Below, piece after piece: positions 1 through 10,151 of a stretch of 64,000 nt of DNA. This DNA is from an uncultured virus (IMG/VR IMGVR_UViG_3300033146_000958) (Duplodnaviria > Heunggongvirae > Uroviricota > Caudoviricetes), in IMG/VR virus record IMGVR_UViG_3300033146_000958. One strand, 5' to 3'. Position 1 is the first letter of the stretch; every line of letters begins with the position of its first letter. Both the position numbers and the translations under genes were made by a program. Below the pieces are notes generated by a model. That model was given only the letters and a program-made list of their open reading frames with translations, searched no databases and was not told the origin of the DNA.

Positions 1-382
1 TAGAATCAACATCATCTTTATGTAATATTGGATGGGTCCCTCGGGTCACACAAATATCTTTTGGTTTAAGATATTGAACATCTCCTTTAAACAAATATTC
101 AACAATAGCATAACCTTTCTCTACGCATTTTTTTATAGTATCTAAATCTAATATCCATACTTCATTAGTTATATACTGATACATATATTGTATTGGTATG
201 AATTTTTTTATTCGAATACATTTATTTATTATTATACTATCTCTTTCATTTACATCCATAATATCAAATTTAACTAAATCATAATCATCACCCTTTATTA
301 AAACTTGATCATCTCCATCCTCGAGTTTACTAAACAAACATTCAAATAAATTCTTAATTTTTGGTCGTGTATTATTTTTCAT
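1..382 (-). CDS. hypothetical protein, truncated by the window edge (MKNNTRPKIKNLFECLFSKLEDG...CVTRGTHPILHKDDVDS)
   Basis: Read manually: ATG at 382 with AGGAG upstream; frame stays open to position 1; not in the ORF track. Confidence 0.7.
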   Translation of the reverse strand, partial: MKNNTRPKIKNLFECLFSKLEDGDDQVLIKGDDYDLVKFDIMDVNERDSIIINKCIRIKKFIPIQYMYQYITNEVWILDLDTIKKCVEKGYAIVEYLFKGDVQYLKPKDICVTRGTHPILHKDDVDS

Positions 383-408
383 TAATTTTATCTCCTTTCA
401 TCACTATT

Positions 409-1239
409 TTATGATGCATTCGGTAATGGTATTATTTCTAGATTTCTATTCTGATTAATACCATATTTAACACAAACTATCTCCTTTTTTCTATTACTAT
501 TATAAATCTCATTTAATATAGAAGTTACTTCTTTTTGTTGATGATTATTATATGGAATACATTTCTCTAAAATCATACATGGTTTAGTACGATCTTTTAT
601 TTTAATTGTCTTTTTTTGTTGAAATATATCACTCCTATATAAATCATCTTTCTTTAAATAATAATCTCCTTGAATCATAGACATACTATCAGTTGAATGT
701 TTGTATTGATGCAAACATAATTGTTTATTAATATATTCTTCATTTTTAATACATTCATTCATACATTCACTTATTTTTTGCAATTGTTTAGGTGTTCCTC
801 TATTTATATAATCACGATCTTCTTCATCATTTTTATAATATTTACCTTGTCGAGAATCGACAACTAATATATCATCATCATAAGAAAAACGAATATCTGA
901 TTTCAACCTCATTTTACATTTAGTATCAGTACAATCAATAATTAAACCATTCATATGTGATGTATTTTTGACAAATGTGTGATGATGAAAAATCTTTAAT
1001 TCCTTTAGTGGATACTTAGGAACAGTACCTCTTATTTGATGATCTAATGCTATTACTTTTGAACGTCGATTAAGACATGAATGTTTAGTAAATAAACCCC
1101 TTTTATAATCCTCTACTTTTAATAATTGTTTATCATATAAATGAAATTCACGCAACCAATTATTTCTTATTAATTTAGGTGCAAAATAATATGATAAATC
1201 CCCACAACCAATTAAATGAATTATAGTGGGTTTACTCAA
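409..1239 (-). CDS. ThiF/MoeB/E1-like adenylation-fold protein (divergent)
   Basis: IHLIGCGDLS Rossmann loop, HLYD, R-x-n-K (YKRGLF...RRSK) and LIIDCTD match the ThiF motif order. Confidence 0.55.
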   Translation of the reverse strand: MSKPTIIHLIGCGDLSYYFAPKLIRNNWLREFHLYDKQLLKVEDYKRGLFTKHSCLNRRSKVIALDHQIRGTVPKYPLKELKIFHHHTFVKNTSHMNGLIIDCTDTKCKMRLKSDIRFSYDDDILVVDSRQGKYYKNDEEDRDYINRGTPKQLQKISECMNECIKNEEYINKQLCLHQYKHSTDSMSMIQGDYYLKKDDLYRSDIFQQKKTIKIKDRTKPCMILEKCIPYNNHQQKEVTSILNEIYNSNRKKEIVCVKYGINQNRNLEIIPLPNAS

Positions 1240-1597
1240 TATTAGAACCTCCTATGGAAGAAATTTTAATACTAAATCTATGCACATCAAATCCAGAATC
1301 ATATTTAATAATTTCATTTGATACTATATCAATATTTCTATCCTCTAAATACTTAATAATTTGTAGTAATTCATCATCTGATGTTTTCTTAACATCAATT
1401 ATTCCAATATCATTATCCATTTCCATGTGAAGAACTTTAGATGTCTCTTCATTAAGACTACAATAATTAATAACTGAAAAACCAATTTCTTGTATAAATA
1501 ATACTACTTTTAAAATTTGTCTAGAATTCTTTCTTATGGTTTCATCATTAATCATATCAAATGTATTTATGGGAAGTTTATCTGTATTTTTTTTCAT
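1232..1597 (-). CDS. hypothetical protein
   Basis: 121-aa ORF with AGGA RBS, in operon. Confidence 0.6.
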   Translation of the reverse strand: MKKNTDKLPINTFDMINDETIRKNSRQILKVVLFIQEIGFSVINYCSLNEETSKVLHMEMDNDIGIIDVKKTSDDELLQIIKYLEDRNIDIVSNEIIKYDSGFDVHRFSIKISSIGGSNIE

Positions 1598-1615
1598 TAT
1601 ATAATATCCTTTCCT

Positions 1616-1846
1616 CTAATTCATTACTATTTTAAATACACCCATTTCCATTGTTTCTAATTTTACTATAGAACCATCAGGTAATGATTCTATTGATAAT
1701 TTATCGTTTCTACTAAGATGCTTACACTGCATTAATAATTTTTTTGTTGTATGAAATGTTGTTCCTGTCTCATAAAAATACTTATCCGCGTTATTATTTG
1801 TAATAATATTAGTATCTTCAATATCTAACATTAATGGTGTTAACAT
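1616..1846 (-). CDS. hypothetical protein
   Basis: 76-aa ORF with strong AAGGAG RBS. Confidence 0.6.
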   Translation of the reverse strand: MLTPLMLDIEDTNIITNNNADKYFYETGTTFHTTKKLLMQCKHLSRNDKLSIESLPDGSIVKLETMEMGVFKIVMN

Positions 1847-1863
1847 AATAATTCTCCTTATAC

Positions 1864-2367
1864 TTATAATAAAAAGTTAAACTTCCCTTCTACAAAATCA
1901 TGTACTGTCAAACCAATATAATTTAAATTTGATACTATTTTGTGTTGATTCAAATATGTAATAGTATCTATACAATTACTAATGTAGATTACTTTCTCAA
2001 TTATAATTGGTCTTAATTTATTAAATATTAAACTATTTTTTAATAAAGTATCTTCGATTATACTTTTTTTCCATTCAAGTATTTCAATATCATTAAATTT
2101 TCGTTTGAATAAAGATGGATGAGTTATAACTTTTTCAGGATACATTTCATGAGACCAACATCCTAATAATAATATCCACTTATCAAAAAGAGGTCTTGAA
2201 GTCAAAATAGACCATCTGACATCAAACTTATTTGGATTAATATACTCCTTTGATGTAATTATTTGTTTTAATTTAATTCTCTTTGAATATTTTGTATTTA
2301 AGTTATATCCAAATAAAGTTCCATCAAAATCAAATAAATACATGATTCCTGATCCTTTAATTATCAT
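1864..2367 (-). CDS. HAD-superfamily phosphatase-like protein
   Basis: YLFDFDGTL (DxDGT motif I), ILTSR (motif II). Confidence 0.65.
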   Translation of the reverse strand: MIIKGSGIMYLFDFDGTLFGYNLNTKYSKRIKLKQIITSKEYINPNKFDVRWSILTSRPLFDKWILLLGCWSHEMYPEKVITHPSLFKRKFNDIEILEWKKSIIEDTLLKNSLIFNKLRPIIIEKVIYISNCIDTITYLNQHKIVSNLNYIGLTVHDFVEGKFNFLL

Positions 2368-2382
2368 TATATATCCATTCTC

Positions 2383-4770
2383 CTATAATTGATATATATC
2401 ATCACATTCCATATCAACATTTAATAAATGAGTAATTATATTCACTGAATTTCCTACTGCGAGTTTTTTCAATGTTCTACAGAAAATTGCCGAATTTTCA
2501 TAATCTAAACTATCTAATACTTCATCTAATAGTATTAAATTAATTTCTTTCCCATATAGATTATCGGATAATGATCGTAATGCTTGCATAATACAAACAT
2601 CTATTATACGTTTTTCACCACCAGATAATAAACTATGAGAATCAGCACCATTTGTAGTATTTAATATATTGACTGAAAATTTATCTCTTATATCACCACT
2701 TTTAGTAGTTGATAATGTATCAAATGAAACTATAAATTTCCCAGGCATTATTTTTTCTAACTCTTCTCTAATTTTTTTATTAAGAAAAGGAATTGATTCA
2801 TCAATCAACATTGATTTTATTCCTCTGTCAGAAAATGCTTCTTTCCAGAAATTTGTAATTTTTATATTATATTCAATATCTCTAATTGTTTTCTTATATT
2901 TATTTATAGATAAACCTATGGTTTTAATTTCATCTTCTAATTGTAGTATTTGTGTATTATCATATTTATTATTTTTTATATCCTTTAAATTATTTTGTTG
3001 ATTTTCTAATTCATTATTTAACTTATGTAGTAATAATGTAGAATTAGTATGTTTTTCTTTAATACTATTAATTTCTTTAAGATCAACTTCTAAATCAATT
3101 ATTTTTTTATTAATAATTTCCTTGTGTTGTTTGTTTTCTGCAGTATTCTTCTCTAGTAAAGAACCCACATTTATATTTTGTTCATTTATATTTTGGAGAA
3201 GATCTTTTTCAATTTTATCCTTTACTTTTGTAATATTATCATCTACCGTTTGTTTAGCTGCAGTCAATTTATTTTCTAATACTTTCTTTTCTTCTTCGAT
3301 TTCAGATACATTTTTTCTAATTTGTGATTCACATACTGAAATTTTCGAAGAATACATTAATTCAACATCGTTTATTTGTTCATTAATATCATCTAATTTT
3401 GTTTTATTAGTTTTAAACTGGGATCTTAACTCAGTTAATTCCCCATCTTGTTCTTCGTATATTTTATTAGAATTAATTAATTTCTCTTTATAATTCTTTT
3501 TCGCTTCTTCTTTAGAATCTTTATTTAATATTTGCAAACACGTTGGACAAATACTATTATCTTTACTAATTTTATCAATTTCTGTAGTTAAATGAATGAT
3601 ATCATCTTTCAACTCTTTGTGACTTTTTGCTATTCCTTCACCTTTAGATTTTATATTTGTTAATAATGCTGTGATAGTATTTTTATCTGTTTGTAGAAGT
3701 TCTAATTTTTTTCTTTTCTCATTAATTAATAAATCTAATTTAGGATCAGATTTAATTTCATTAATATTATTTAAAATACTCTTAATACGATCATCAACTT
3801 TAGTTTTATGTTCATAATATTTATTATCAATTTTAACTTTCATCTCAGAAAATTTTTGTTGAGATTTTATTTTTAAATTATCAATAAATTGTTTACTTTC
3901 TAAATTAATTCTATTATTTTGTTCTTCTAATTGTGTCTGAATATTAGTTAATTCATTATTTAATTCAAATAATTTATTTTGTAATTGTTGATGTTTTGTT
4001 TCACTATATTTTATATTGGATATATTATCTTCTATTTTACATATATTATTATTTATTTTAGTAATGTTTAATGTAATTGTTTCTATTTGTAATTTTTCTT
4101 TTTCAATTTCATTCTTTTTAAGTTCATTTAATTGAATTAAAAAAGAATTTTTTTCTTCTAAACTTCTAGAATCTAAATTTAAATAATTTTCTTCATATAA
4201 TAAATTATCTTTTAATATTTTTAATTTTTTATCAGCTTCATCATATCTAATCTTCCAATCATTTAAATTCATTATAGAATCAAATATATTTTTTTGTTCT
4301 GCATCAGTCAATGATGTAAAGAAATCATTAACATGCTGCGCGAAATAGACAGTATTTTTAAAAATTTGTTTTGGTGTTACTATACGTTCAATTAATTTAT
4401 GTGTATCAGTAACCGTTTTCGCACTTATATCTTTTTCATTTTTAAACAATAATGTTTTATTTCTCATTTTTGAATGACTATGATATTTTTCAATTCTATA
4501 ACAATCAACTTTATCATTTTCTATAATATCAAAATCTATAATAATTTCAAGATTCTTCTTCTTCTTTTTATTAACCATATCAGCAATCTTAACTTTTGGT
4601 TCTCCTGAATCACCATATAAACCCATCATTAATGATTGGAATATAGATGATTTACCACTCCCATTTCTTCCTACTATAGCTTTTAACTCATTATTTTTAA
4701 ATGGAAGTTCAAAATCATAATGACTTCTAACATTCTTTAATCGTATATTTTTAAAATTTATCTTCTGCAT
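2383..4770 (-). CDS. Rad50/SbcC-like (T4 gp46-like) recombination ATPase
   Basis: Walker A GRNGSGKS, long coiled coil with CPTC zinc hook, LSGGE signature, ILLDEVLDSLD Walker B. Confidence 0.95.
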   Translation of the reverse strand: MQKINFKNIRLKNVRSHYDFELPFKNNELKAIVGRNGSGKSSIFQSLMMGLYGDSGEPKVKIADMVNKKKKKNLEIIIDFDIIENDKVDCYRIEKYHSHSKMRNKTLLFKNEKDISAKTVTDTHKLIERIVTPKQIFKNTVYFAQHVNDFFTSLTDAEQKNIFDSIMNLNDWKIRYDEADKKLKILKDNLLYEENYLNLDSRSLEEKNSFLIQLNELKKNEIEKEKLQIETITLNITKINNNICKIEDNISNIKYSETKHQQLQNKLFELNNELTNIQTQLEEQNNRINLESKQFIDNLKIKSQQKFSEMKVKIDNKYYEHKTKVDDRIKSILNNINEIKSDPKLDLLINEKRKKLELLQTDKNTITALLTNIKSKGEGIAKSHKELKDDIIHLTTEIDKISKDNSICPTCLQILNKDSKEEAKKNYKEKLINSNKIYEEQDGELTELRSQFKTNKTKLDDINEQINDVELMYSSKISVCESQIRKNVSEIEEEKKVLENKLTAAKQTVDDNITKVKDKIEKDLLQNINEQNINVGSLLEKNTAENKQHKEIINKKIIDLEVDLKEINSIKEKHTNSTLLLHKLNNELENQQNNLKDIKNNKYDNTQILQLEDEIKTIGLSINKYKKTIRDIEYNIKITNFWKEAFSDRGIKSMLIDESIPFLNKKIREELEKIMPGKFIVSFDTLSTTKSGDIRDKFSVNILNTTNGADSHSLLSGGEKRIIDVCIMQALRSLSDNLYGKEINLILLDEVLDSLDYENSAIFCRTLKKLAVGNSVNIITHLLNVDMECDDIYQL

Positions 4771-4785
4771 AACTATAACTCCTTT

Positions 4786-5073
4786 TTAATGCCATTTGAT
4801 TTTACGTTTATTTCCACTTAACACAATTTGTTCTATAAATGAATGTAATACTTTTAGATCATTTACACTTGGGATCATACCATAATAATCTTGATATTTA
4901 TCACCATAAATATATACTAAAGGAATTCCTTTTAAAGTTTCACATATGTGAAGTTTTAATTTTATTGATCCTACAAACATATCAACTATTTGTATTTGTA
5001 GTTCTTTTTCGTATTCTTCTTTAGTGATATTAAATAATTCATCAATTATTTTGGATTTATGATTAGATTTCAT
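4786..5073 (-). CDS. hypothetical protein
   Basis: 95-aa ORF between the Mre11 and Rad50 genes, ATGA-coupled. Confidence 0.55.
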   Translation of the reverse strand: MKSNHKSKIIDELFNITKEEYEKELQIQIVDMFVGSIKLKLHICETLKGIPLVYIYGDKYQDYYGMIPSVNDLKVLHSFIEQIVLSGNKRKIKWH

Positions 5074-6065
5074 ATTACTTCACATAATTCCTTTCCAATT
5101 TCTAAATATTTTTTTAAATCCTTTTTTGATATTTCTTTTATTTCTATGTATTTTTTTAATTGTTCTTCCGTAGTCATCGATAAATTTAATCCTCTGTTTG
5201 TGATATCTATTTCCTTCTCAACAATAACTTGGACATCACCATCTAATTCAACATCAGTTTTATTTCTTATTCTTACATTATGACCATCTTTCTTCAATGC
5301 CTCACTTTGTAAGATTAATTCATCTGCTTGATCTCTATTTTCTAAAATTAATTCTACATATTTTGTGTAACCACTAATAGGAATTGATTCGACTTCTAAT
5401 GTTTCCGTATCATATACTAAAAATCTTTTATCTTGATGTTTTTCATTCCAATCTTTTTGAAATGGCGTACCAACATAAAATAAATGAGTATTAGCATTCT
5501 TTAACTCTTGTCCCTTGTGATAATGTCCAAGTAGAACTAATTTAAACTTACTTAACTTAGACATCCCAATATCAGCGATTAATGATATGCCTGTACTCAA
5601 TTGTGCTTCATTCAATCCAAAATGACTTATTAAGATATCATATGGTTCTGATTTTAAAATATCATCTACTATATGATTAGTAAATGGAACATATAATGTA
5701 TTACCAATATTTTTTACATCTATAATGGCTTCTACATTAGAATGCCCTTTTAATGTTTTCACTAATGATATTTGATCTTTTGATGTTGTATCCATATCAT
5801 GATTTCCATTAATAATACGAAACATAATATCTTTATTATCTTCAAGAAAATCAGTAAACATAGATAATGGTTTTGTATAAGTTAGATTTTTATCATTAAA
5901 TAAATCTCCACCAATTTCAATAATATCAATTGAATTGTTTTTCGCATATACCACCATTTGTTTTAATGCACTAAAAATATCATATAATTGAATCGCTAAA
6001 CCGTTTTTTAATTTAGAATTCTGATATATTGATAAATGAATATCTGCTGTAAATATTCTCTTCAT
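5070..6065 (-). CDS. Mre11/SbcD-like (T4 gp47-like) nuclease
   Basis: ADIH, GGDLF, GNHD, SH, LGHYH metallophosphoesterase motifs; adjacent to the Rad50-like gene. Confidence 0.92.
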   Translation of the reverse strand: MKRIFTADIHLSIYQNSKLKNGLAIQLYDIFSALKQMVVYAKNNSIDIIEIGGDLFNDKNLTYTKPLSMFTDFLEDNKDIMFRIINGNHDMDTTSKDQISLVKTLKGHSNVEAIIDVKNIGNTLYVPFTNHIVDDILKSEPYDILISHFGLNEAQLSTGISLIADIGMSKLSKFKLVLLGHYHKGQELKNANTHLFYVGTPFQKDWNEKHQDKRFLVYDTETLEVESIPISGYTKYVELILENRDQADELILQSEALKKDGHNVRIRNKTDVELDGDVQVIVEKEIDITNRGLNLSMTTEEQLKKYIEIKEISKKDLKKYLEIGKELCEVI

Positions 6066-6091
6066 TTGTCCTCCTCCAATGTTTAATATAT

Positions 6092-6490
6092 CTATTTTTC
6101 TATTCTATACGAATCCTTTTCATCATGTGTGGTGGATGCTTCAATAAATATACAGTGTTCTGTTTTTGATTTAAATCTATGTTTTTGATTTGGAAGCACT
6201 CTCATTGTATCATTTTCTTTTAATATGTATGTCATATTTTCAACTTCTAATATAAGTTCACCTTGGACAACCATAAATGTTTCATCTTTGATTGCGTGAT
6301 AATGATACTTCCCATCAGATGACCATATACCATCTTTGCATAATATTATTTTTCCACAATATTTTTCATTATTACAAAACCAATGTTCATCACCCCATAT
6401 CTTTTCTACATATGTATGATGCTGTCCATTTTTATCTATAATTTCATGTGGATGATTTAACTCACTCATGGTTATCTCCTTCGTCATCAA
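6092..6490 (-). CDS. cupin-domain protein (sugar isomerase-like)
   Basis: VEKIWGDEHW, HYHAIKDETF, KHRF cupin motifs. Confidence 0.8.
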   Translation of the reverse strand: MMTKEITMSELNHPHEIIDKNGQHHTYVEKIWGDEHWFCNNEKYCGKIILCKDGIWSSDGKYHYHAIKDETFMVVQGELILEVENMTYILKENDTMRVLPNQKHRFKSKTEHCIFIEASTTHDEKDSYRIEK

Positions 6491-6779
6491 TTATTTTATC
6501 TGGAAGTGGAAATAATGATGCTATTATATCTGTATATTTAGATGTTATGTGGTCATTATCTTTTACATCTCCAATTCCCAATTTCTTTCTTTTTTTAATT
6601 ATAATAGGATATGATATTTTCATAGATTTCAATATGTTCTTTATTTTTCTTTTTACCTGTTTTGCAAATTTTACATCATCATAATCCTGTTGAAATTCAG
6701 ATAATGATTTATTAATTTCAGAAGGAGAAAATAATTTATTATCTTTTTTAATATAAATTCTATATGAATCAGACATCAC
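6462..6779 (-). CDS. hypothetical protein
   Basis: 105-aa ORF in operon. Confidence 0.55.
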   Translation of the reverse strand: MMSDSYRIYIKKDNKLFSPSEINKSLSEFQQDYDDVKFAKQVKRKIKNILKSMKISYPIIIKKRKKLGIGDVKDNDHITSKYTDIIASLFPLPDKIIDDEGDNHE

Positions 6780-7521
6780 TCCCCTTTCTAATTCGAAGTT
6801 GATAATTATTATATGTTGTTAATACTTTCTTTACATATTGTTTAGTTTCTAATGATAATTTATTATTTCCTGTTTTATAATAATATGAATTTCTTGGACC
6901 TCCATTGTATCCAGCTAATACTAATTCTTTATCATTATATTGTGTAAATAATATATCTACATATATCGCCATTAAATAAGTACTCTTTTTTGGATCAAAT
7001 AAAATATCACGAGAATATTCCCAATTAATTGTTCTACATAATAATCTTCCAGTAGATGGTATAATTTGATTGATCCCGACTGCACCCGCAGGACTTAACG
7101 ATCGTGGATTGAATTGACTTTCAACCCGTTGAATTGAAAGTATTAATACTGGATCAATATTTTTAAATTGTTCACTAGTATCTAATATTATTTCTGCGAT
7201 TCGATAAGCCTCTACAGGTTTTAATTTTGGATATGATTCTTCTATAATAATATCTCTTATAGTTAATAGAAGTCTTTTCCTTTTTTGATTAAATGTTATT
7301 CCCGCTGATAAATCTTGTAATAAATCTTCAGTTTTATCAAAACGATGATTATATTGAATTTCTATTTCTTTATAATATTTTGCCGTTTCTATTTTTATTA
7401 TGTTCATTATAATAATATAATTGATAAATAATATAAGAATTACTATTACAAAACCAAATAGAATTTGTTTATTAGATATATTATATTCGTTTTTCTTCAA
7501 GTTCCCATCCTTTTTGTTCAT
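6769..7521 (-). CDS. lytic transglycosylase (SLT family) with N-terminal transmembrane helix
   Basis: IQRVESQFNP catalytic Glu, SPAGAVGINQI, LAGYNGG, ETKQYV; hydrophobic residues ~20-42. Confidence 0.9.
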   Translation of the reverse strand: MNKKDGNLKKNEYNISNKQILFGFVIVILILFINYIIIMNIIKIETAKYYKEIEIQYNHRFDKTEDLLQDLSAGITFNQKRKRLLLTIRDIIIEESYPKLKPVEAYRIAEIILDTSEQFKNIDPVLILSIQRVESQFNPRSLSPAGAVGINQIIPSTGRLLCRTINWEYSRDILFDPKKSTYLMAIYVDILFTQYNDKELVLAGYNGGPRNSYYYKTGNNKLSLETKQYVKKVLTTYNNYQLRIRKGSDV

Positions 7522-8866
7522 AAAATTTTCTCCTATATTTTGCGCGATTAATCATATCATCACTTCCAGAATCCACAATATCAATAACAACTGGAACTTT
7601 TTTATTATCATATACACGAACTATTCTTCCAACCGCTTGTTCAATATTACTTACTGGTGTGCAAAATACAATACAATCTAATCTAGGAATATCTAACCCA
7701 TCTCTACTCATCAAATATGTTGAAAATATTATTTTTTTCTTTAATATATCATCTCTTTTATGTTTATTTTTTCCTACAAATAATCCACATTTCGAAGATG
7801 GTAATAATGACATAATATCTTCTAATATATTAATTCGATCAGAAAGAATTAACGCATTTCTATTTGAATCATTAATCTTTTTAATAATTTGTTTCATTTT
7901 AGTCAAATAATCTTTTGACTTAATTAATTTACTTAAATACACTCCTTTATTAAAAATTCCTTTATTTTTATCATCATCTTTTCTATATAGTTGTTTTATA
8001 ACAAATTTATATTTTTTTGCTATACAATGATCAAACGCGATCATTATAGTTCTTGGTTCTAATGTATCTGTTGAACCTTCAGGAATATATACATCAGATA
8101 AATGTAAATTCATAATATCGGTATTACCATCAAGTCTTTCTGGTGTTGCACTTAATCCATATACACGCGCTGATGGTGTGTATAGTGAAGTTTTTGAAAA
8201 CATTTCTGCAGAAACTGAGGTATGTGATTCATCCCATATAGCAATCCCAATTCCACAATTTTTAATATGATCAACGAATTCCGTTTTTTTCGTTAATGAA
8301 CAAAATGTTTGAACTGTTGATACTATTATTGGTTTTAATAAATCAGTTTTATAAGATGATGATCTTAACCATCCTATATTTTCCTTTCTTAATTCAGTAT
8401 GTTCTACAATTCGTTCTATCCATTGTATGCCAAGATCATTCTTATGAACGAAAATTATAGTCTTTTTTCCAATTTTACAAATAGCATCAATAGATATAAC
8501 TGTTTTTCCTTCACCTGGTTTTAAACATAATATTCCTTCTTTATGATTTAAAAACCAATCTATTGAATTCTTTTGTATAATATTACGAGGAGTTATATTT
8601 GATTTAACATCAATATCTTCTCCTTCATCAATTATTAATTTAGATGTATGACCATATTTTTCAATAGGGTAAAATCTTGGTATTAAATATTCAATATCGT
8701 TTTCATCATAATATTGTTTTACTTCTATAACTTCTTTATCACCATATGATGTAGATTTTCTAGTTAAATGTTTAATAATATCACGCACCCATTGTTTATT
8801 TTCATATTTCTTTGATATTCTAATACATGAATCTTTTACTATCTGCATGTGATTAACTCCGCACAA
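7481..8866 (-). CDS. superfamily 2 DNA helicase (UvsW/XPB-like)
   Basis: PGEGKT, WDESH, GLSATP, GLDIP, QAVGRIVR motifs. Confidence 0.9.
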   Translation of the reverse strand: MCGVNHMQIVKDSCIRISKKYENKQWVRDIIKHLTRKSTSYGDKEVIEVKQYYDENDIEYLIPRFYPIEKYGHTSKLIIDEGEDIDVKSNITPRNIIQKNSIDWFLNHKEGILCLKPGEGKTVISIDAICKIGKKTIIFVHKNDLGIQWIERIVEHTELRKENIGWLRSSSYKTDLLKPIIVSTVQTFCSLTKKTEFVDHIKNCGIGIAIWDESHTSVSAEMFSKTSLYTPSARVYGLSATPERLDGNTDIMNLHLSDVYIPEGSTDTLEPRTIMIAFDHCIAKKYKFVIKQLYRKDDDKNKGIFNKGVYLSKLIKSKDYLTKMKQIIKKINDSNRNALILSDRINILEDIMSLLPSSKCGLFVGKNKHKRDDILKKKIIFSTYLMSRDGLDIPRLDCIVFCTPVSNIEQAVGRIVRVYDNKKVPVVIDIVDSGSDDMINRAKYRRKFYEQKGWELEEKRI

Positions 8867-9258
8867 CTATCTGGTGTTTCCCATAATTTTAAATATGAAA
8901 GACATTCATTTAATTGATGTGTTACCATTAATTTATTCTCAATCCATACTAGAATATTTTCTGCAGTTGGATTGTAAATAATATCATTAATATACGCATG
9001 GTCTAATTCATCAATAATTGTTTCTTTTACTATTTGTTTAAGAATTTTAAAATCCAATACCATACCCGTAGATTCATCAATAACATTTTTAATACCTACT
9101 TCTAATTTCCATTCATGTCCATGTAGATTATTACACAGACCGTTATAATTTGGTAGTTTATGGGCAGCTGCAAATGTAAATTGTTTTGATATAGTCATAG
9201 TCATATCATTTGGATTATTTATTCTTAATATATTCTTACCTTTACTCATAATATTCAC
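8839..9258 (-). CDS. queD: 6-carboxytetrahydropterin synthase
   Basis: FAAAHKLP, CNNLHGH, GMVLDF, LDH, NPTAEN, LWET. Confidence 0.93.
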   Translation of the reverse strand: MNIMSKGKNILRINNPNDMTMTISKQFTFAAAHKLPNYNGLCNNLHGHEWKLEVGIKNVIDESTGMVLDFKILKQIVKETIIDELDHAYINDIIYNPTAENILVWIENKLMVTHQLNECLSYLKLWETPDSCAELITCR

Positions 9259-9430
9259 TCTCCTTATTCCACTCTTTTATTTTTAAATTTATTTCATGTT
9301 TTATTTTTCTTTTATATGGTTTCTTTTTATTAACTATTGTTTGTTGTTCAAGATCATATATTTTTCTTTTTGTCTTACTCATCTTTTCTCCGCAACTCGA
9401 AATCTTTAAGAGTAATATATCTTCCATCAT
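9242..9430 (-). CDS. small basic hypothetical protein (likely start MSKTKRK)
   Basis: Lys-rich ORF; GGAG precedes the internal ATG at 9382. Confidence 0.45.
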   Translation of the reverse strand: MMEDILLLKISSCGEKMSKTKRKIYDLEQQTIVNKKKPYKRKIKHEINLKIKEWNKESEYYE

Positions 9431-9830
9431 AATGACATTTATAACTTAATAACCAATTTAATTTATCTAAATCTTCTACCCGTGTTTCTTTATAATTTAT
9501 ATGTATAGTATACTCATCATTAATATTATCATCTTGTTTTTTAGTTAACCATCTAACAATCCATATAGAAGAATATGAAGGATGTATTAATTTAATTATT
9601 TGATACGCAGTTTCTTCATCTTTTAATATATCAGCGTTTGTAAATTCAATAGTTCTAACTTTTGACCATCCGTATTTAGTTTTTTTACATAATCGAACCT
9701 CATCATTAGAACATATTGAACATGTATATTTTTTATCTTCTACATAATCAGGACATAAATTATTACAATCCTGATCTGCCCCAATATCTATTTCAGTTTC
9801 TATTAGAAGTTCATATAATCTACATATCAT
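9375..9830 (-). CDS. hypothetical protein, Cys-rich N-terminus
   Basis: 151-aa ORF, ATGA-coupled to the upstream gene. Confidence 0.6.
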   Translation of the reverse strand: MICRLYELLIETEIDIGADQDCNNLCPDYVEDKKYTCSICSNDEVRLCKKTKYGWSKVRTIEFTNADILKDEETAYQIIKLIHPSYSSIWIVRWLTKKQDDNINDEYTIHINYKETRVEDLDKLNWLLSYKCHYDGRYITLKDFELRRKDE

Positions 9831-10129
9831 TTTATTAACTTTGGACCTCCTTGTTGTGTTGTTGGAATATCTATTTTAGTAGTTGCCTTTAAATATGCAT
9901 CTTCTAATTGTTTTTGACATTCTAATATCTGTAATATTTGATTTTTATTAAATGTGAATTCATCTGATGTTGATCCTATCGACCATATTGGTTCTATTAA
10001 TGCAACACCCCCCTGCATTGGATCTAATATTGCGAAAGTCGGTCTTGATATTGTTATAGTTTTATCATCTTCTTTATCTACTCGGGCAATAACCATTTCT
10101 GCAGGAAAATGTAAAATTGATATTTTCAT
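9827..10129 (-). CDS. Sm-like fold phage protein (start revised to MKISIL)
   Basis: AGGAG RBS before ATG at 10129; EMVIARV...ITISRP...FTFNKNQI...LEDAY pattern typical of small Sm-like myophage proteins. Confidence 0.5.
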   Translation of the reverse strand: MKISILHFPAEMVIARVDKEDDKTITISRPTFAILDPMQGGVALIEPIWSIGSTSDEFTFNKNQILQILECQKQLEDAYLKATTKIDIPTTQQGGPKLIK

Positions 10130-10151
10130 AAATCGTTCTCCTTTTTGTATA

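Noticed and set aside
1616..1846. 76-aa ORF as a ubiquitin-like partner of the ThiF-like protein
   Set aside because: No C-terminal Gly or Gly-Gly and no recognisable beta-grasp pattern
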